Positions 38,007 to 48,100 of a stretch of 64,000 bases of DNA are shown in pieces. Under the pieces are notes generated by a model. The model ran no database searches, was not told the origin of the DNA, and was given only the letters and a program-made list of their open reading frames with translations. The DNA comes from an uncultured Solirubrobacteraceae bacterium. GTDB taxonomy: Bacteria; Actinomycetota; Thermoleophilia; Solirubrobacterales; Solirubrobacteraceae. Position numbers and translations under genes: made by a program. The first letter of the stretch is position 1. Every line of letters begins with the position of its first letter. Location of the stretch: NCBI GenBank assembly GCA_963740765.1, contig CAVUFN010000008.1:392092-456091 (forward strand), given 5' to 3'.

Positions 38007-38767
38007 ACCGCGTGCTCCGCGTGGACGGCCGGCGGGCCGCCCGACTCGACCACGGGACGCGCGCGCATGAGCCCGACGAGCACGGCCAGCAGCACCTTGA
38101 TCATGTAGTAGATCGAGCGCGACGCGTTGATGGACGAGACGCCCGTCGTGCGCTCGCGCATCCGCACCGGGACCTCGCGGCTGGTGAGCCGGTGGAAGTG
38201 CAGCAGCAGGACCGCCTCGACCTCCGGGTAGTCGCGCGGGTAGTCGCGGGCGAACAGCTCGATGCCCTTGCGGTCGACCATGCGCATGCCGCTGGTCGGG
38301 TCGGTCACCTTCTGGCCGACGATCCGCGACAGCACCCCGGCGAAGATGCGGATGCCCGCCCGCCGCGGCGCGGAGGACTGGTAGCCGTCGTCGTCGCTGG
38401 CCAGGAAGCGCGAGCCGGTGACCATGTTGAGCTCGGGATCGGAGCGCAGGGCCTGCTCGAGGTCGGCGAGCAGCCGCGGATCGTGCTGGCCGTCGCCGTC
38501 CACCTGGACCGCGATCGCGTAGCCGTGCTCGTCCGCGAACTGGTACCCGGTCTGGACGGCACCGCCGATGCCGAGGTTGAACGGAAGCGTCACGACGTGC
38601 GCGCCGGCCGCTCGCGCGAGGGCGGACGTGGCGTCGGTGGACCCGTCGTCGATGACCAGCACGTCGTAGTCCGGAGCGTGCTCCAGCAGCTCGGAGACGG
38701 TCGCGGCGATCGCGCCGGATTCGTTGAACGCAGGGACGATCGCGAGCTTCTTCGCCATGGCGGTCAA
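38003..38767 (-). CDS. GT2 polyprenyl-phosphate glycosyltransferase (GtrB/DPM1-like)
   Basis: LAIVPAFNESGAI, VIDDGSTDAT, VQVDGDGQHDP (DXD), and a C-terminal TM helix (IYYMIKVLLAVLVGL). Confidence 0.8.
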   Translation of the reverse strand: MTAMAKKLAIVPAFNESGAIAATVSELLEHAPDYDVLVIDDGSTDATSALARAAGAHVVTLPFNLGIGGAVQTGYQFADEHGYAIAVQVDGDGQHDPRLLADLEQALRSDPELNMVTGSRFLASDDDGYQSSAPRRAGIRIFAGVLSRIVGQKVTDPTSGMRMVDRKGIELFARDYPRDYPEVEAVLLLHFHRLTSREVPVRMRERTTGVSSINASRSIYYMIKVLLAVLVGLMRARPVVESGGPPAVHAEHAV

Positions 38768-38793
38768 GACGTCGAGGCTAGCCTTGCGGGCGG

Positions 38794-39690
38794 ATGGCTG
38801 CCCGTACTCCAGCGATCGTCGGCTCCGACGTGACGGCCGCCGTGGAGGCGATCCGGGCCGTCGGCGGACGCCGCATGTCCGGCCCCAAGGCCCTCACCGG
38901 CGACTGGCGCCGGACGGTCACCCTGACCTGGACGCTCGCCTACCTGGAGTTCCGGCTGCGCTTCTTCGGCTCCGTGCTGGGCTACTTCTGGCAGCTCGGC
39001 CGGCCGCTGCTGATGTTCGGCGTCTACTACCTCGTCTTCACGGTCTTCGTGCCGCTGCCCAACGACGTCCCCTACAACGCGCCGCGGCTGCTCGTCGGCA
39101 TCATGCTGTTCCAGTTCTTCGCCGAGGCGACGGGCGCTGCGGTCCAGGCGGTGCTCAGCCGCGAGAACCTCGTGCGCAAGATCCACTTCCCGCGCATCGT
39201 GATCCCGCTGAGCGTGGTCGTCATGGCCGGGCTGACGCTGGCCGTCAACACGATCGCCGTCGCCGCGTTCGTGGCCGTCGCGCAGGTCCCGATCCGGCTC
39301 AACTGGCTCGTCGCGATCCCGATGGTCGGCCTGGCCTTCGTGTGGGTCACCGGCCTCTCCATGCTGCTGTCGGCGCTGTTCGTCCGCTACCGCGACGTGC
39401 AGCCGATCTGGGAGGTCATCCTCCAGGCGACCTTCTACGCGACGCCGATCCTGTACCCGATCGAGGCCGTCAAGCAGGAGGTGGGCGAGCGCATCATCAT
39501 GTGCAACCCGCTGTCGGTGGTCGTCCAGCAGATCCGCCACTCCGTGTTCGACCCGGGGGCGCCGAGCGCCGTCGATGCGATCGGCGGCTACGGGATGCTG
39601 ATGATCCCGCTCAGCCTCGTCTTCGGCATCTTCGCCCTCGGCTTCTGGGTGTTCAACCGCACCGCCCCTGCCGTCGCCGAGGAGCTCTAG
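38794..39690 (+). CDS. wzm: ABC-2 type polysaccharide exporter permease (Wzm-like)
   Basis: About 6 TM helices. Typical N-terminal motif LAYLEFRLRFFGSVLGYFWQLGRPLL. The start is uncertain (38794 or the downstream ATG giving MSGPKAL). Confidence 0.8.
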   Translation: MAARTPAIVGSDVTAAVEAIRAVGGRRMSGPKALTGDWRRTVTLTWTLAYLEFRLRFFGSVLGYFWQLGRPLLMFGVYYLVFTVFVPLPNDVPYNAPRLLVGIMLFQFFAEATGAAVQAVLSRENLVRKIHFPRIVIPLSVVVMAGLTLAVNTIAVAAFVAVAQVPIRLNWLVAIPMVGLAFVWVTGLSMLLSALFVRYRDVQPIWEVILQATFYATPILYPIEAVKQEVGERIIMCNPLSVVVQQIRHSVFDPGAPSAVDAIGGYGMLMIPLSLVFGIFALGFWVFNRTAPAVAEEL

Positions 39691-39700
39691 CGTTCCGCCC

Positions 39701-40414
39701 ATGAGCACGGTCGACCGCCTCCTGTCCGAGCAGCCCGCGATCCACGGGGACGCCGGCGCCTCGGACCTGCTGACGCACGGCCTCACGCCCGGCGCGCTGC
39801 GCTTCATCGAGCAGACCGTGCGCCCTGGCCACCGCACGCTGGAGACGGGCGCCGGCTACAGCACGATCGTGTTCGCCGCGGCCGGCGCGACGCACACCTG
39901 CGTCGTCCCGAACCCCCCCGAGGTGGAGCGGCTCTCCGCGTACCTCGAGTCGTCCGGGATCGGAGCCGACGCGGTCACCTTCCGCGTCGAGCCGTCCGAG
40001 CGGGTGCTGCCCACGCTCGGCCCCGAGCCGCTGGACCTCGTCCTCATCGACGGCTCGCACTCGTTCCCGCAGGTCTTCATCGACTGGTTCTACGTCGCCG
40101 ACAAGCTGGCCGTCGGCGGCCACCTGATCGTCGACGACGTCCACGTCTGGACCGGCCAGGTGCTGCGCGACTTCCTCATCGCCGAGCCCGAGTGGACCAA
40201 GGTCGAGGAGTACGGCGGCCGGACGACCGTGTTCCGCAAGGACGCCGAGGTCGACCCCGACCGGGTCTGGAACGAGCAGCCCTACGTCATGCGCCGCAGC
40301 CGGCCGACCGTCCTCGGGCGCGGGCGGATGGCGGTCTCCATGCTCCGCCACGGCCAGTCGCGCGAGCTGCGCCAGATGGCCGGCGACATGATCCGCCGCA
40401 GCCGCAAGGGCTAG
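39701..40414 (+). CDS. class I SAM-dependent methyltransferase (Methyltransf_24/CmcI-like), paralogous in motif layout to 21520..22434
   Basis: LETGAGYSTIVFAAAG (motif I) and LVLIDGSHSFPQVFIDWFY. Confidence 0.7.
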   Translation: MSTVDRLLSEQPAIHGDAGASDLLTHGLTPGALRFIEQTVRPGHRTLETGAGYSTIVFAAAGATHTCVVPNPPEVERLSAYLESSGIGADAVTFRVEPSERVLPTLGPEPLDLVLIDGSHSFPQVFIDWFYVADKLAVGGHLIVDDVHVWTGQVLRDFLIAEPEWTKVEEYGGRTTVFRKDAEVDPDRVWNEQPYVMRRSRPTVLGRGRMAVSMLRHGQSRELRQMAGDMIRRSRKG

Positions 40415-40656
40415 TCGGCTTCGTCGAGGAGGCGCTGCGCCTCCTCGAGCTCGCGCTGCATGTCCCTGGGCAGCGAGGACTTCTGCAGCCGCTGCCGGAC
40501 GCGCTTCTGCTCGGCCCGCTCGCGCTTGGTGACCTTCTCCTTCGCGGGCGGGTCGTCGGCCTTCTTCGCTGACCCGCCGCCACAGCCGGCGAGCACCACC
40601 GCCACCACCAGTGTTCTGAACACTTGCCACTGAGGGGACGGTCCCATTTTTGTCAT
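40411..40656 (-). CDS. small putative lipoprotein with Lys/Glu-rich helical tail
   Basis: 81 aa. Lipobox-like VLAGC followed by GGGSAKKADDPPAKEK. 4-nt overlaps with both neighbouring genes. Confidence 0.45.
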   Translation of the reverse strand: MTKMGPSPQWQVFRTLVVAVVLAGCGGGSAKKADDPPAKEKVTKRERAEQKRVRQRLQKSSLPRDMQRELEEAQRLLDEAD

Positions 40657-41438
40657 CCGCGGCGGACGAGGAACTCGGGGGTGGGGCGGACCAGGGGCGT
40701 GCCGGTCTCCTGCTCCCAGGTGCGTTCGAGCTGGGCGAGGTGCTCGTCCATGACCAGCTCGACCTCCGGCAGGTCGCCGGAGCGAACGGCGGCGAGCGTG
40801 CGGACGTGGATGTCGATCGACCAGTCCGGGACGGTCTCGCGGTGCATCGCCATGTCGCGGGCGATCTCGAGGTCGCGGTAGACGGAGCGCACCAGGCCGA
40901 CCAGCACGCCGTTGCCGGTGGAGCGCGCGAGGGCGAGGTGGAAGCGGACGTCGAGGGCGAGGAAGCGGTCCTCGCGACCCTCGTGGAGGATCGAGCCCTG
41001 GGCGACGATGGCGACCTGGTCGTCGATCGTGCGCTGCATGGCGGCGAAGTCCTCGGCGCCGGCGCGCATGGCGGCCAGCTGGGCGACCCGCGGTTCGAGC
41101 ACGCGCCGGGCCTCGAGCACCTGGGCGACCTCGTGGATGCGGATGTCGCGGCGCGAGGCGACGAGCTCGGGCGGGACGATCTCCGTGGCGATGAACATGC
41201 CGCCGCCGGCGCCGCGGCGCACCTCGATCAGGCCGGAGTCGACGAGGACGCGGATCGCCTCGCGCAGGGTCGGGCGCGAGATCTCCATCTGCTCGGCGAG
41301 CGCGCGCTCGCTCGGCAGCCGGTCACCGACCGCCAGCTCGCCCAGCTTGACCTTCTCGGCGATCTGCTCGACGGCCTCCTCGAACGTCCGGCGGGTCTGG
41401 ACGGGTGTGAACATGCGCGTCGGGAAGTATGGCGGCAT
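40653..41438 (-). CDS. GntR-family (FadR/FCD subfamily) transcriptional regulator
   Basis: N-terminal wHTH (GDRLPSERALAEQMEISRPTLREAIRVL) and a C-terminal all-helical FCD-like domain. Confidence 0.85.
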   Translation of the reverse strand: MPPYFPTRMFTPVQTRRTFEEAVEQIAEKVKLGELAVGDRLPSERALAEQMEISRPTLREAIRVLVDSGLIEVRRGAGGGMFIATEIVPPELVASRRDIRIHEVAQVLEARRVLEPRVAQLAAMRAGAEDFAAMQRTIDDQVAIVAQGSILHEGREDRFLALDVRFHLALARSTGNGVLVGLVRSVYRDLEIARDMAMHRETVPDWSIDIHVRTLAAVRSGDLPEVELVMDEHLAQLERTWEQETGTPLVRPTPEFLVRRG

Positions 41439-41487
41439 GACCCTCCGTCACGAGTCGCATGGTCTTGCCGATGGCGTTCGCCGCGGC

Positions 41488-42213
41488 TCAGGCGGTGTAG
41501 ACGACCGTCTCGTCGAGCGGGACGTCGAGGCTGCGCTCGATCCACGTCCGGGCCGCGCCGGCGCCGATGTCGCGCAGGGTCACGGCGCCGTGGCGCTTGG
41601 CCAGTCGGGCGCCGTCGGTGCCGAGCACGAGGCCGACGTGCACGAACGCGGGCGGCTCGTGGCCCAGTGCTCTGGCGAGCCAGACCTGCCTGGACGTGGA
41701 GTCGGCCAGGTCGGCACCGCGGACGACCTCCTCGATGCCGAGGTCGGCGTCGTCGACGACCGTGGCAAGGTTGTAGGCGAAGGCGCCGTCGTTGCGGCGG
41801 ACCACGAAGTCGTCGACGGTGCCGTCGGCGCGGACGCGCAGCGCCGCGGGCCGGTCAGGGAGATCCGTCCGGTCGCGGCAGGTCCCCGGGTACCGGCCGA
41901 CGACCCCGTGCGGCGCCGACGCCGCCTCGCGGATCTCGGCACGAGTGCAGAAGCACGGGTAGGTGTCCAGGCGGGCGAGCGCCGCCTCGTAGAGCTCCAG
42001 TCGCTCGGACTGCCGGACGACCGCGTCACCCTCGACGCCCACCGCGGCGAGGTCGGCCAGCTGGCGCTCGACATGCTCCTCGCGGACCCGGCCCGAATCG
42101 AGGTCGTCGATGCGGATGGTCAGATGCGAGGCGCGGCGGCGCGCGATGACCGCCGTCCGCAGGTTGCCCAGGTGCAGATCGCCGGTCGGGCTGGGCGCGT
42201 AGCGGCCCCTCAA
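41488..42213 (-). CDS. gluQ: glutamyl-Q tRNA(Asp) synthetase (truncated GluRS paralogue)
   Basis: RGRYAPSPTGDLHLGNLRTAV (HIGH-type motif) and a later LAKRHG (KMSKS-like). 241 aa, which is short but consistent with GluQRS lacking the anticodon-binding domain. Confidence 0.75.
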   Translation of the reverse strand: MRGRYAPSPTGDLHLGNLRTAVIARRRASHLTIRIDDLDSGRVREEHVERQLADLAAVGVEGDAVVRQSERLELYEAALARLDTYPCFCTRAEIREAASAPHGVVGRYPGTCRDRTDLPDRPAALRVRADGTVDDFVVRRNDGAFAYNLATVVDDADLGIEEVVRGADLADSTSRQVWLARALGHEPPAFVHVGLVLGTDGARLAKRHGAVTLRDIGAGAARTWIERSLDVPLDETVVYTA

Positions 42214-42752
42214 AAGGGCAGCGTGTCCGCGATCTCGCTCAGGCGCGGCGCGTCACGGTCGCGCTCGGAGAACAGCAGCTCCTCGCGCGGCAGTGGCCAC
42301 TCGATGCCCACCTCGGGATCCTCGAAGGAGATGCCGGCCTCCGTGGCGGGGTCGTAGTAGTTCGTGCACTTGTAGACGAAGTCGGCGGTCTCCGACAGCA
42401 CGCAGAAGCCGTGCCCGAAGCCGACCGGGATCCACAGCTGCTCGCCGCGGACGTCGTCGAGCTCGAACGCCTCCCACTCGCCGAAGGTCGCCGAGCCGCG
42501 GCGCAGGTCGACGACCACGTCCCACACCGTCCCGCGGGCGCAGCGGACCAGCTTGCCCTGGCCGGGGAAGGTCTGGAAGTGGATGCCGCGCACCGTCCCG
42601 CGCTTGGAGCGGCTGTGGTTGTCCTGCACGAACGTCGTGTCCAGCCCCCAGCTGTCCTCGCGGAAGGTCTCCACGAAGAAGCCGCGCTCGTCGCCGTGCA
42701 CGGTGGGGGCAAAGCGCTTGAGGCCGTCGATGCGAGTCTGGAGCAGTTCCAT
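42210..42752 (-). CDS. rfbC: dTDP-4-dehydrorhamnose 3,5-epimerase
   Basis: ATG 42752 gives MELLQTRIDGLKRFAPTVHGDERGFFVETF...RGIHFQ...QGKLVRCARGTVWDVVVDLR...PVGFGHGF. This is the tail of fused track ORF 42210..44486. Confidence 0.9.
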   Translation of the reverse strand: MELLQTRIDGLKRFAPTVHGDERGFFVETFREDSWGLDTTFVQDNHSRSKRGTVRGIHFQTFPGQGKLVRCARGTVWDVVVDLRRGSATFGEWEAFELDDVRGEQLWIPVGFGHGFCVLSETADFVYKCTNYYDPATEAGISFEDPEVGIEWPLPREELLFSERDRDAPRLSEIADTLPF

Positions 42753-42803
42753 GGGAAGCGGCGGGAAGGATAGTTCGGGTCCGCGGAGAACTCGGGTCGG
42801 GCA

Positions 42804-43655
42804 ATGCCCAAGACCGCCGCGATGCCTCCCTCCGCTGCTGCCCACCAGACGCTGTCCGCGTACATCTCGTCGCGCTTCGACGAGTTCTCGCGTTCGCAGA
42901 AGGACGTCGCCCAGTACGTGGTCGACCACCTCGACGAGGTTGCCTTCCATACCGCCGAGGAGCTCGCCCGCCGCGCTTCGACGTCGTCTTCGACCGTCGT
43001 GCGCTTCTCGCAGGCCCTGGGCTTCGAGGGCTTCCCCGAGCTCCAGGCGTCCGCCCGCGAGGAGTACCGGCGCCGCGAGGCCAAGCCGGAGGCCGAACCG
43101 CTCTTCTCCATCGACCAGGGTCCCTTCGAGGCCGTGGTCGCCGCCGACTTCGCCAACGTCGAGGAGACCGCTCGCGCCGTCTCCCGCTCCGAGGTGGAGG
43201 GCGCCGTCGAGGCGATCGCCACCGCCGAGCGCGTCCTGATCGCCGGCGTGGACCAGATGGCGTTCTTCGCCTCCTACCTGCGCCATCTCCTGATGCTGCT
43301 CGACATCCGCTCGGAGATCGCCGCCTCGCCGTCCCAGGAGGCCCTGTCCCGCCTCGGCCGCATCGACGGCTCGTCGCTGGTCATCGGCCTCTCCGCCGGG
43401 CGCCCGCACCCGCTCGTCGTCCGCGCCATGAAGATCGCCAAGCACCGCCACGCCGCCACGCTGGCGATCTCGGACGCCTCCCTGTCCGACGTCGCCAAGC
43501 TCGCGGACCGCACGCTCTGGTACTCGTCGAACTCCCCGGCCTTCGTGCGCTCCCACACCGGTCTGCTGTCGATCATCCAGGCCCTCGCCTACGGCGTCTA
43601 CGCCCGCGACGCGGCGCAGTACGACGACCGCATCAAGGCCTTCAAGCTCAAGTAG
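42804..43655 (+). CDS. MurR/RpiR-family transcriptional regulator (HTH_6 + SIS)
   Basis: N-terminal SRSQKDVAQYVVDH..AEELARRASTSSSTVVRF and a C-terminal SIS domain. Confidence 0.8.
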   Translation: MPKTAAMPPSAAAHQTLSAYISSRFDEFSRSQKDVAQYVVDHLDEVAFHTAEELARRASTSSSTVVRFSQALGFEGFPELQASAREEYRRREAKPEAEPLFSIDQGPFEAVVAADFANVEETARAVSRSEVEGAVEAIATAERVLIAGVDQMAFFASYLRHLLMLLDIRSEIAASPSQEALSRLGRIDGSSLVIGLSAGRPHPLVVRAMKIAKHRHAATLAISDASLSDVAKLADRTLWYSSNSPAFVRSHTGLLSIIQALAYGVYARDAAQYDDRIKAFKLK

Positions 43656-43715
43656 CCCGCGGCGGGCGCCATCTTCGCGCAAGTGGCCCCACCGCGCGGG
43701 GTTAGCCTTGACGGC

Positions 43716-44600
43716 ATGCGTGACGAGTCGACTTTCCGCGTCAAGGCCGGCCTGGCCGAGATGCTCAAGGGCGGCGTCATCATGGACGTCGTCGACGCCG
43801 AGCAGGCCAAGATCGCCGAGGACGCCGGTGCCGCCGCCGTCATGGCGCTGGAGCGCGTCCCGTCGGACATCCGGCGCGACGGCGGGGTGGCGCGGATGTC
43901 CGATCCCGCGCTGATCCGCGGCATCCAGGCGGCCGTGACGATCCCGGTGATGGCCAAGGCGCGCATCGGGCACTTCGCGGAGGCGCAGGTCCTGGAGGCG
44001 CTCGAGGTCGACTACATCGACGAGTCGGAGGTGCTGACGCCCGCCGACGAGGCCAATCACATCGACAAGTGGGCGTTCAAGGTCCCCTTCGTGTGCGGCG
44101 CGACCAACCTCGGCGAGGCGCTGCGGCGCATCGGCGAGGGCGCGGCGATGATCCGCTCCAAGGGGGAGGCGGGGACCGGTGACGTCGTCGAGGCGGTCCG
44201 CCACATGCGCCGGATCAGGTCCGAGATCAAGCGGCTGACGATCATGGACGACATGGAGCTCGCCACCGCCGCCAAGGAGCACCAGGCGCCGCTGGACGTC
44301 GTCCGCGCCGTCGCGGCCGCGGGCAAGCTGCCCGTCGTCCTGTTCTGCGCGGGCGGCATCGCCACCCCGGCCGACGCCGCGCTCATGATGCAGCTGGGCG
44401 CAGAGGGCAACTTCGTCGGCTCTGGCATCTTCAAGTCGAGCGACCCGGCCACCCGGGCGCGGGCGATCGTCGAGGCGACGACCCACTTCGCCGACCCCGA
44501 CCGCGTCGCGAAGGCGTCGGAGGGCCTGGGCGAGGCGATGACGTCGCTGGAGACGCGCAAGCTCGACGAGGGTCAGCTGCTCGCGGGACGCGGTTGGTAG
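43716..44600 (+). CDS. pdxS: pyridoxal 5'-phosphate synthase lyase subunit
   Basis: [46 protein letters not shown] and later conserved blocks. ATG 43716 is preferred over the track start 43683. Confidence 0.93.
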   Translation: MRDESTFRVKAGLAEMLKGGVIMDVVDAEQAKIAEDAGAAAVMALERVPSDIRRDGGVARMSDPALIRGIQAAVTIPVMAKARIGHFAEAQVLEALEVDYIDESEVLTPADEANHIDKWAFKVPFVCGATNLGEALRRIGEGAAMIRSKGEAGTGDVVEAVRHMRRIRSEIKRLTIMDDMELATAAKEHQAPLDVVRAVAAAGKLPVVLFCAGGIATPADAALMMQLGAEGNFVGSGIFKSSDPATRARAIVEATTHFADPDRVAKASEGLGEAMTSLETRKLDEGQLLAGRGW

Positions 44601-45139
44601 CAGGGGTCCTCGCCCTCCAGGGCGACTTCGAGGCCCACGCGAAGCTCCTGCGTGGCCTCGGCGCCGAGGCGCGCGAGGTCCGCACCCCGGCGGGGCTGGA
44701 CGGGCTCGATGCGCTGGTCATCCCCGGAGGCGAGTCGACCACGATGACGCTGGGGGTCGAGCGCGAGGGCCTGGGCGACCCGCTGCGGGCCTTCGCGGCA
44801 ACCGGCAAGCCGGTGCTGGGCACCTGCGCCGGGATGATCATGCTCGACCGCGAGCACCTCGCGATCGGCGACTGGACGTGCCGCCGCAACGCCTTCGGCC
44901 GCCAGATCCGCTCCTTCGAGGACGACCTGCACGTGGACGGCTTCGGCGACGTCAGCGCCGTGTTCATCCGGGCCCCGTGGGTGGCGGACCGCGGGGAGGA
45001 CGTCGAGATGCTCTGCAGCGTCGACGACCACCCCGTCGTCGTCCGCCAGGGCAATCTGCTCGCGATCGCGTTCCACCCCGAGATCGCCGGGGAGACGCGC
45101 TTCCACGAGTGGCTGCTCAGCGCCGCAGGCGAGCGGTGA
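44594..45139 (+). CDS. pdxT: pyridoxal 5'-phosphate synthase glutaminase subunit
   Basis: [21 protein letters not shown] (catalytic Cys), and FHPE. TTG start overlaps the pdxS stop. Confidence 0.9.
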   Translation: MVAGVLALQGDFEAHAKLLRGLGAEAREVRTPAGLDGLDALVIPGGESTTMTLGVEREGLGDPLRAFAATGKPVLGTCAGMIMLDREHLAIGDWTCRRNAFGRQIRSFEDDLHVDGFGDVSAVFIRAPWVADRGEDVEMLCSVDDHPVVVRQGNLLAIAFHPEIAGETRFHEWLLSAAGER

Positions 45140-48100
45140 CCGTGCGCGTGCGACCGTTCGGCCGCACGATGCGGTAGCGCAGCACGGCCGGCCTCGCTGC
45201 CCGCCGTGTGGCGCGGACGCGCAGCACACCGGCGCGGCGGTCGAGTCGGACGCGCACGCCGCGCGGCTTGGAGAGGACCTTGATGCGCGCGCCCGGGGCG
45301 ACCGCAAGCGTCCAGCGCGTCCGCGCGTCCGCCGCGGAGCCGTTTCCCGGATCGGCGGCGCCGCTCTCCGGCGCGACGACTGCTTCCGGCGCGACGGCCG
45401 CGTCCGGCGCGACGGCCGCGTCCGGCTCGGCGGGCTCCGGAGACCGTGGCGCCGCGGGGCGCGGTGTCGGAACGGAGGCGACGAGGTCGAGCCCGCTGTA
45501 GGACCAGTTGGCGGTGAGCTGACCCGGCCCGGGGTAGTCGAGGCCGTCGATGGTGGCGAAGCGGCCATTAAGCCCGTAGGCCTCGATCACGGAGAACGTG
45601 TCCCCATGGGCAGGGGTGTAGCCGTCGGCGAGCGACACGTCGAGCGTACCCGCGAGGCGGGCCGGGCCGTAGCCCGAGGTGAGGATGCGGCCGGTCGCGT
45701 CCTCCGTCGCGCCCAGCTGCAGCTCGAGCCTGCCGTCCGACGTCTGCTGCAGCCGGTCGAAGCTCAAGCGCCCGTCCGGCACGCGGATCGTGCCGTCGTT
45801 GAAGGTGTTCGGCAACGAGGTGGTCCACTCGCCCGGCTCCTTGACGATCAGGCCGCGGTTGAGCAGCTGGTTGCGGCCGTAGGCGTTGGACCAGAAGCTC
45901 TGCCCCGCGAGCTCGATGGTGCCGTGATTGTGCCAGCGCGACGCGCCGGGCTGAGCGATCTGCCCACCCTCGACACGGGTGGTGCCGTAGGCATAGACGT
46001 CGCGCTCCACCGTGATGTACCCGCCGAGCTCGAGTGTCCCGGACGCCTCCTGCTCGAGTGCGCCGGCGCCGCGCATGCCGCCACCCGTCCAGGCTACGTC
46101 GCCGCCGAGGACGAGGTCGCCGTCGCCAGTGATCTCGCCGCCCGTGATCGCGCCGTCGGCGAAGCGCACCGGCGTCCCCGCCGCGAGCCGGAAGGTGCCG
46201 CCCGCGAAGCGTGCGCCGGTGAGATCGGCGCCGTCCTGCAGCGCCCAGGCGCCGCCGGCGTACGTGCCGCCCTGGCTGGAGCTGGCGATCGTGCCGCCTG
46301 CGCCGAAGCGCAGCTCGCCCGACTCCTGAACGACGCTGCCCCCGAGCTGGTCGACCGGGAGGTCGACGGAGGTGGTGCCGTCCCCCGCGGACTTCTTGAG
46401 CGTGCCCGTGTTGACGAGGCGAGGCGAATCCGGGCCGGACTGGCTGCGGTACATGTTGCCCGTCTCGGCGTTGAGCTCGACGGTGCCGCTGTTCTCCCAG
46501 CGGACGCCGTCGTCAACGCCGATGTAGCCGGTGCGCCAGACGCCCGTGCCCTGCGTGCGCAACACGCGCCCGAGGGAGGCAGACGAGTAGGCGCCGGGGT
46601 CGATGTCCAGCGCGCCCGAGACGGTGGTCGTGCCGGCGCCGTTCATGGTGCCGCCGCGCCAGTCCAGCCCGTTCGTGACGGTGACGTCGCCCGGGCCGCC
46701 GATCGTCCCGCCGGTGAGGACGATCGAGGTGCCTGACCAGGTCTTGCCCGCGGCCACCGTGACGTTGCCGCCGCCCACGCGGCCGCCGGCGAGGCCCGCG
46801 TCTCCCAGCTGCCAGTCACCGCTGCCGAGGACGGCGCGGCCGGTGGCGCCCCCGCCCAGGGTGCCCGTGGAGGTCCCGGCCCCGCCGCCGCCCTGGAACT
46901 CGAGGTCGCCGGAGACCGCGGTCGCGGTGCCGTCGAACTCCAGCGCCCAGTCGAAACGCGAGGCCGAGGCGCCTGTGGTCTTGGTCAAGGTCCCGCCGGG
47001 GAGGACGTGGACGAGGGGACGGGCGCCGGGCTGCGCGTCGTCGTCGAAGTACGCGGAGCCGGTGGTGCTGGACGCGTCCAGGGTGCCGGCGACCTCCAGG
47101 AGGGCGTCGCGGGCGCCGGCGATGTAGCCGGTCTTGTACGTCGCCTCGCCGTTCACCCGCAGGGTGCGTCCGCGGGACAGGTTGACGTAGGCGTAGTTGC
47201 CGGGGTCCACGGTCAGACTGCCCGAGACCTCCGTGGTGCCTGTGCCGCGCATCGCGCCGCCGCGCCAGCGCAGGGTGGCCGTCGCGATCGTGTCGCCCGC
47301 GCCACCGAGCGAGCCCGCGTTGAGGGCCAGGTTGGTGCCGCTCCACTCGGCGCCGGCCGCGACGCTGACGTCGCCGCCCGTGATCCGCCCGCCGGAGAAG
47401 GTCGCGTCCCCGACCGCGAAGTCGCCCGCCACCAGCGAGGCGCCGACGTCGTCGCCGTTGCCGCCGAGGTTCCCGGTCGAGAGCCCTGAGCCGCCGCCGT
47501 GGAAGCCGAGCGTGCCGGTCTGCGCTGTGACGGTCCCGTCGAACTCGAGCGCGAAGTCGATGCGCGACTCGCTGACCCCGCCCGTCTTGATCAGCGTGCC
47601 GCCCGGCTCGACCCGGAAGGCGGGGGGCGCCGTGGCGCTGTCCGCGTCGCCCTCGCGATAGAACTGACCAGTCTCCCCGTTGGCCTCCCAGGTGCCCGCG
47701 ACGGCGAAGGCGGCGCCGTCCTGGCCGCGCAGGTAGCCGGAGCGCCACGTGCCGGTGCCCGTGGCGCGCAGCGTGCGGCCGGCGTTCAGGAACGTGTAGC
47801 TGTAGTTGCCGGGGTCCACGTTGAGAGCGCCGCTGACCGTCGTCGTGCCGGTGCCGGCCATGGTGCCGCCCTTCCACAGGAGGGTGCCGCTGGCGGTCGT
47901 GTCGCCGGGGCCTCCGAGCGTGCCCCCCGCGAGCGTGAGCTTCGTGCCCGACCAGGTCGCGCCCGTGGCGACGTCCGCCGTCGCGCCGTTGATCTGCACG
48001 CCGGAGAAGGATGCGGTGCCGATCTCGAACTTGCCGCCGTCGAGGCTCGTCATACCGCTGCCCGTCCCGCCGAAGTCGCCGGAGGACACAGCGCCCGCGC

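Noticed and set aside
41439-41487. GntR operator in the 49-nt gap upstream of the GntR gene
   Set aside because: There is no convincing palindrome of the (T)GGT-N-ACC(A) type. Only weak partial matches are present.
42210-42752. rfbC as evidence for a complete dTDP-rhamnose pathway in this locus
   Set aside because: No rmlA/B/D homologues are present in the window. rfbC sits in a housekeeping operon with gluQ, so the pathway must be completed elsewhere. The link to the glycan locus cannot be proven from this window.
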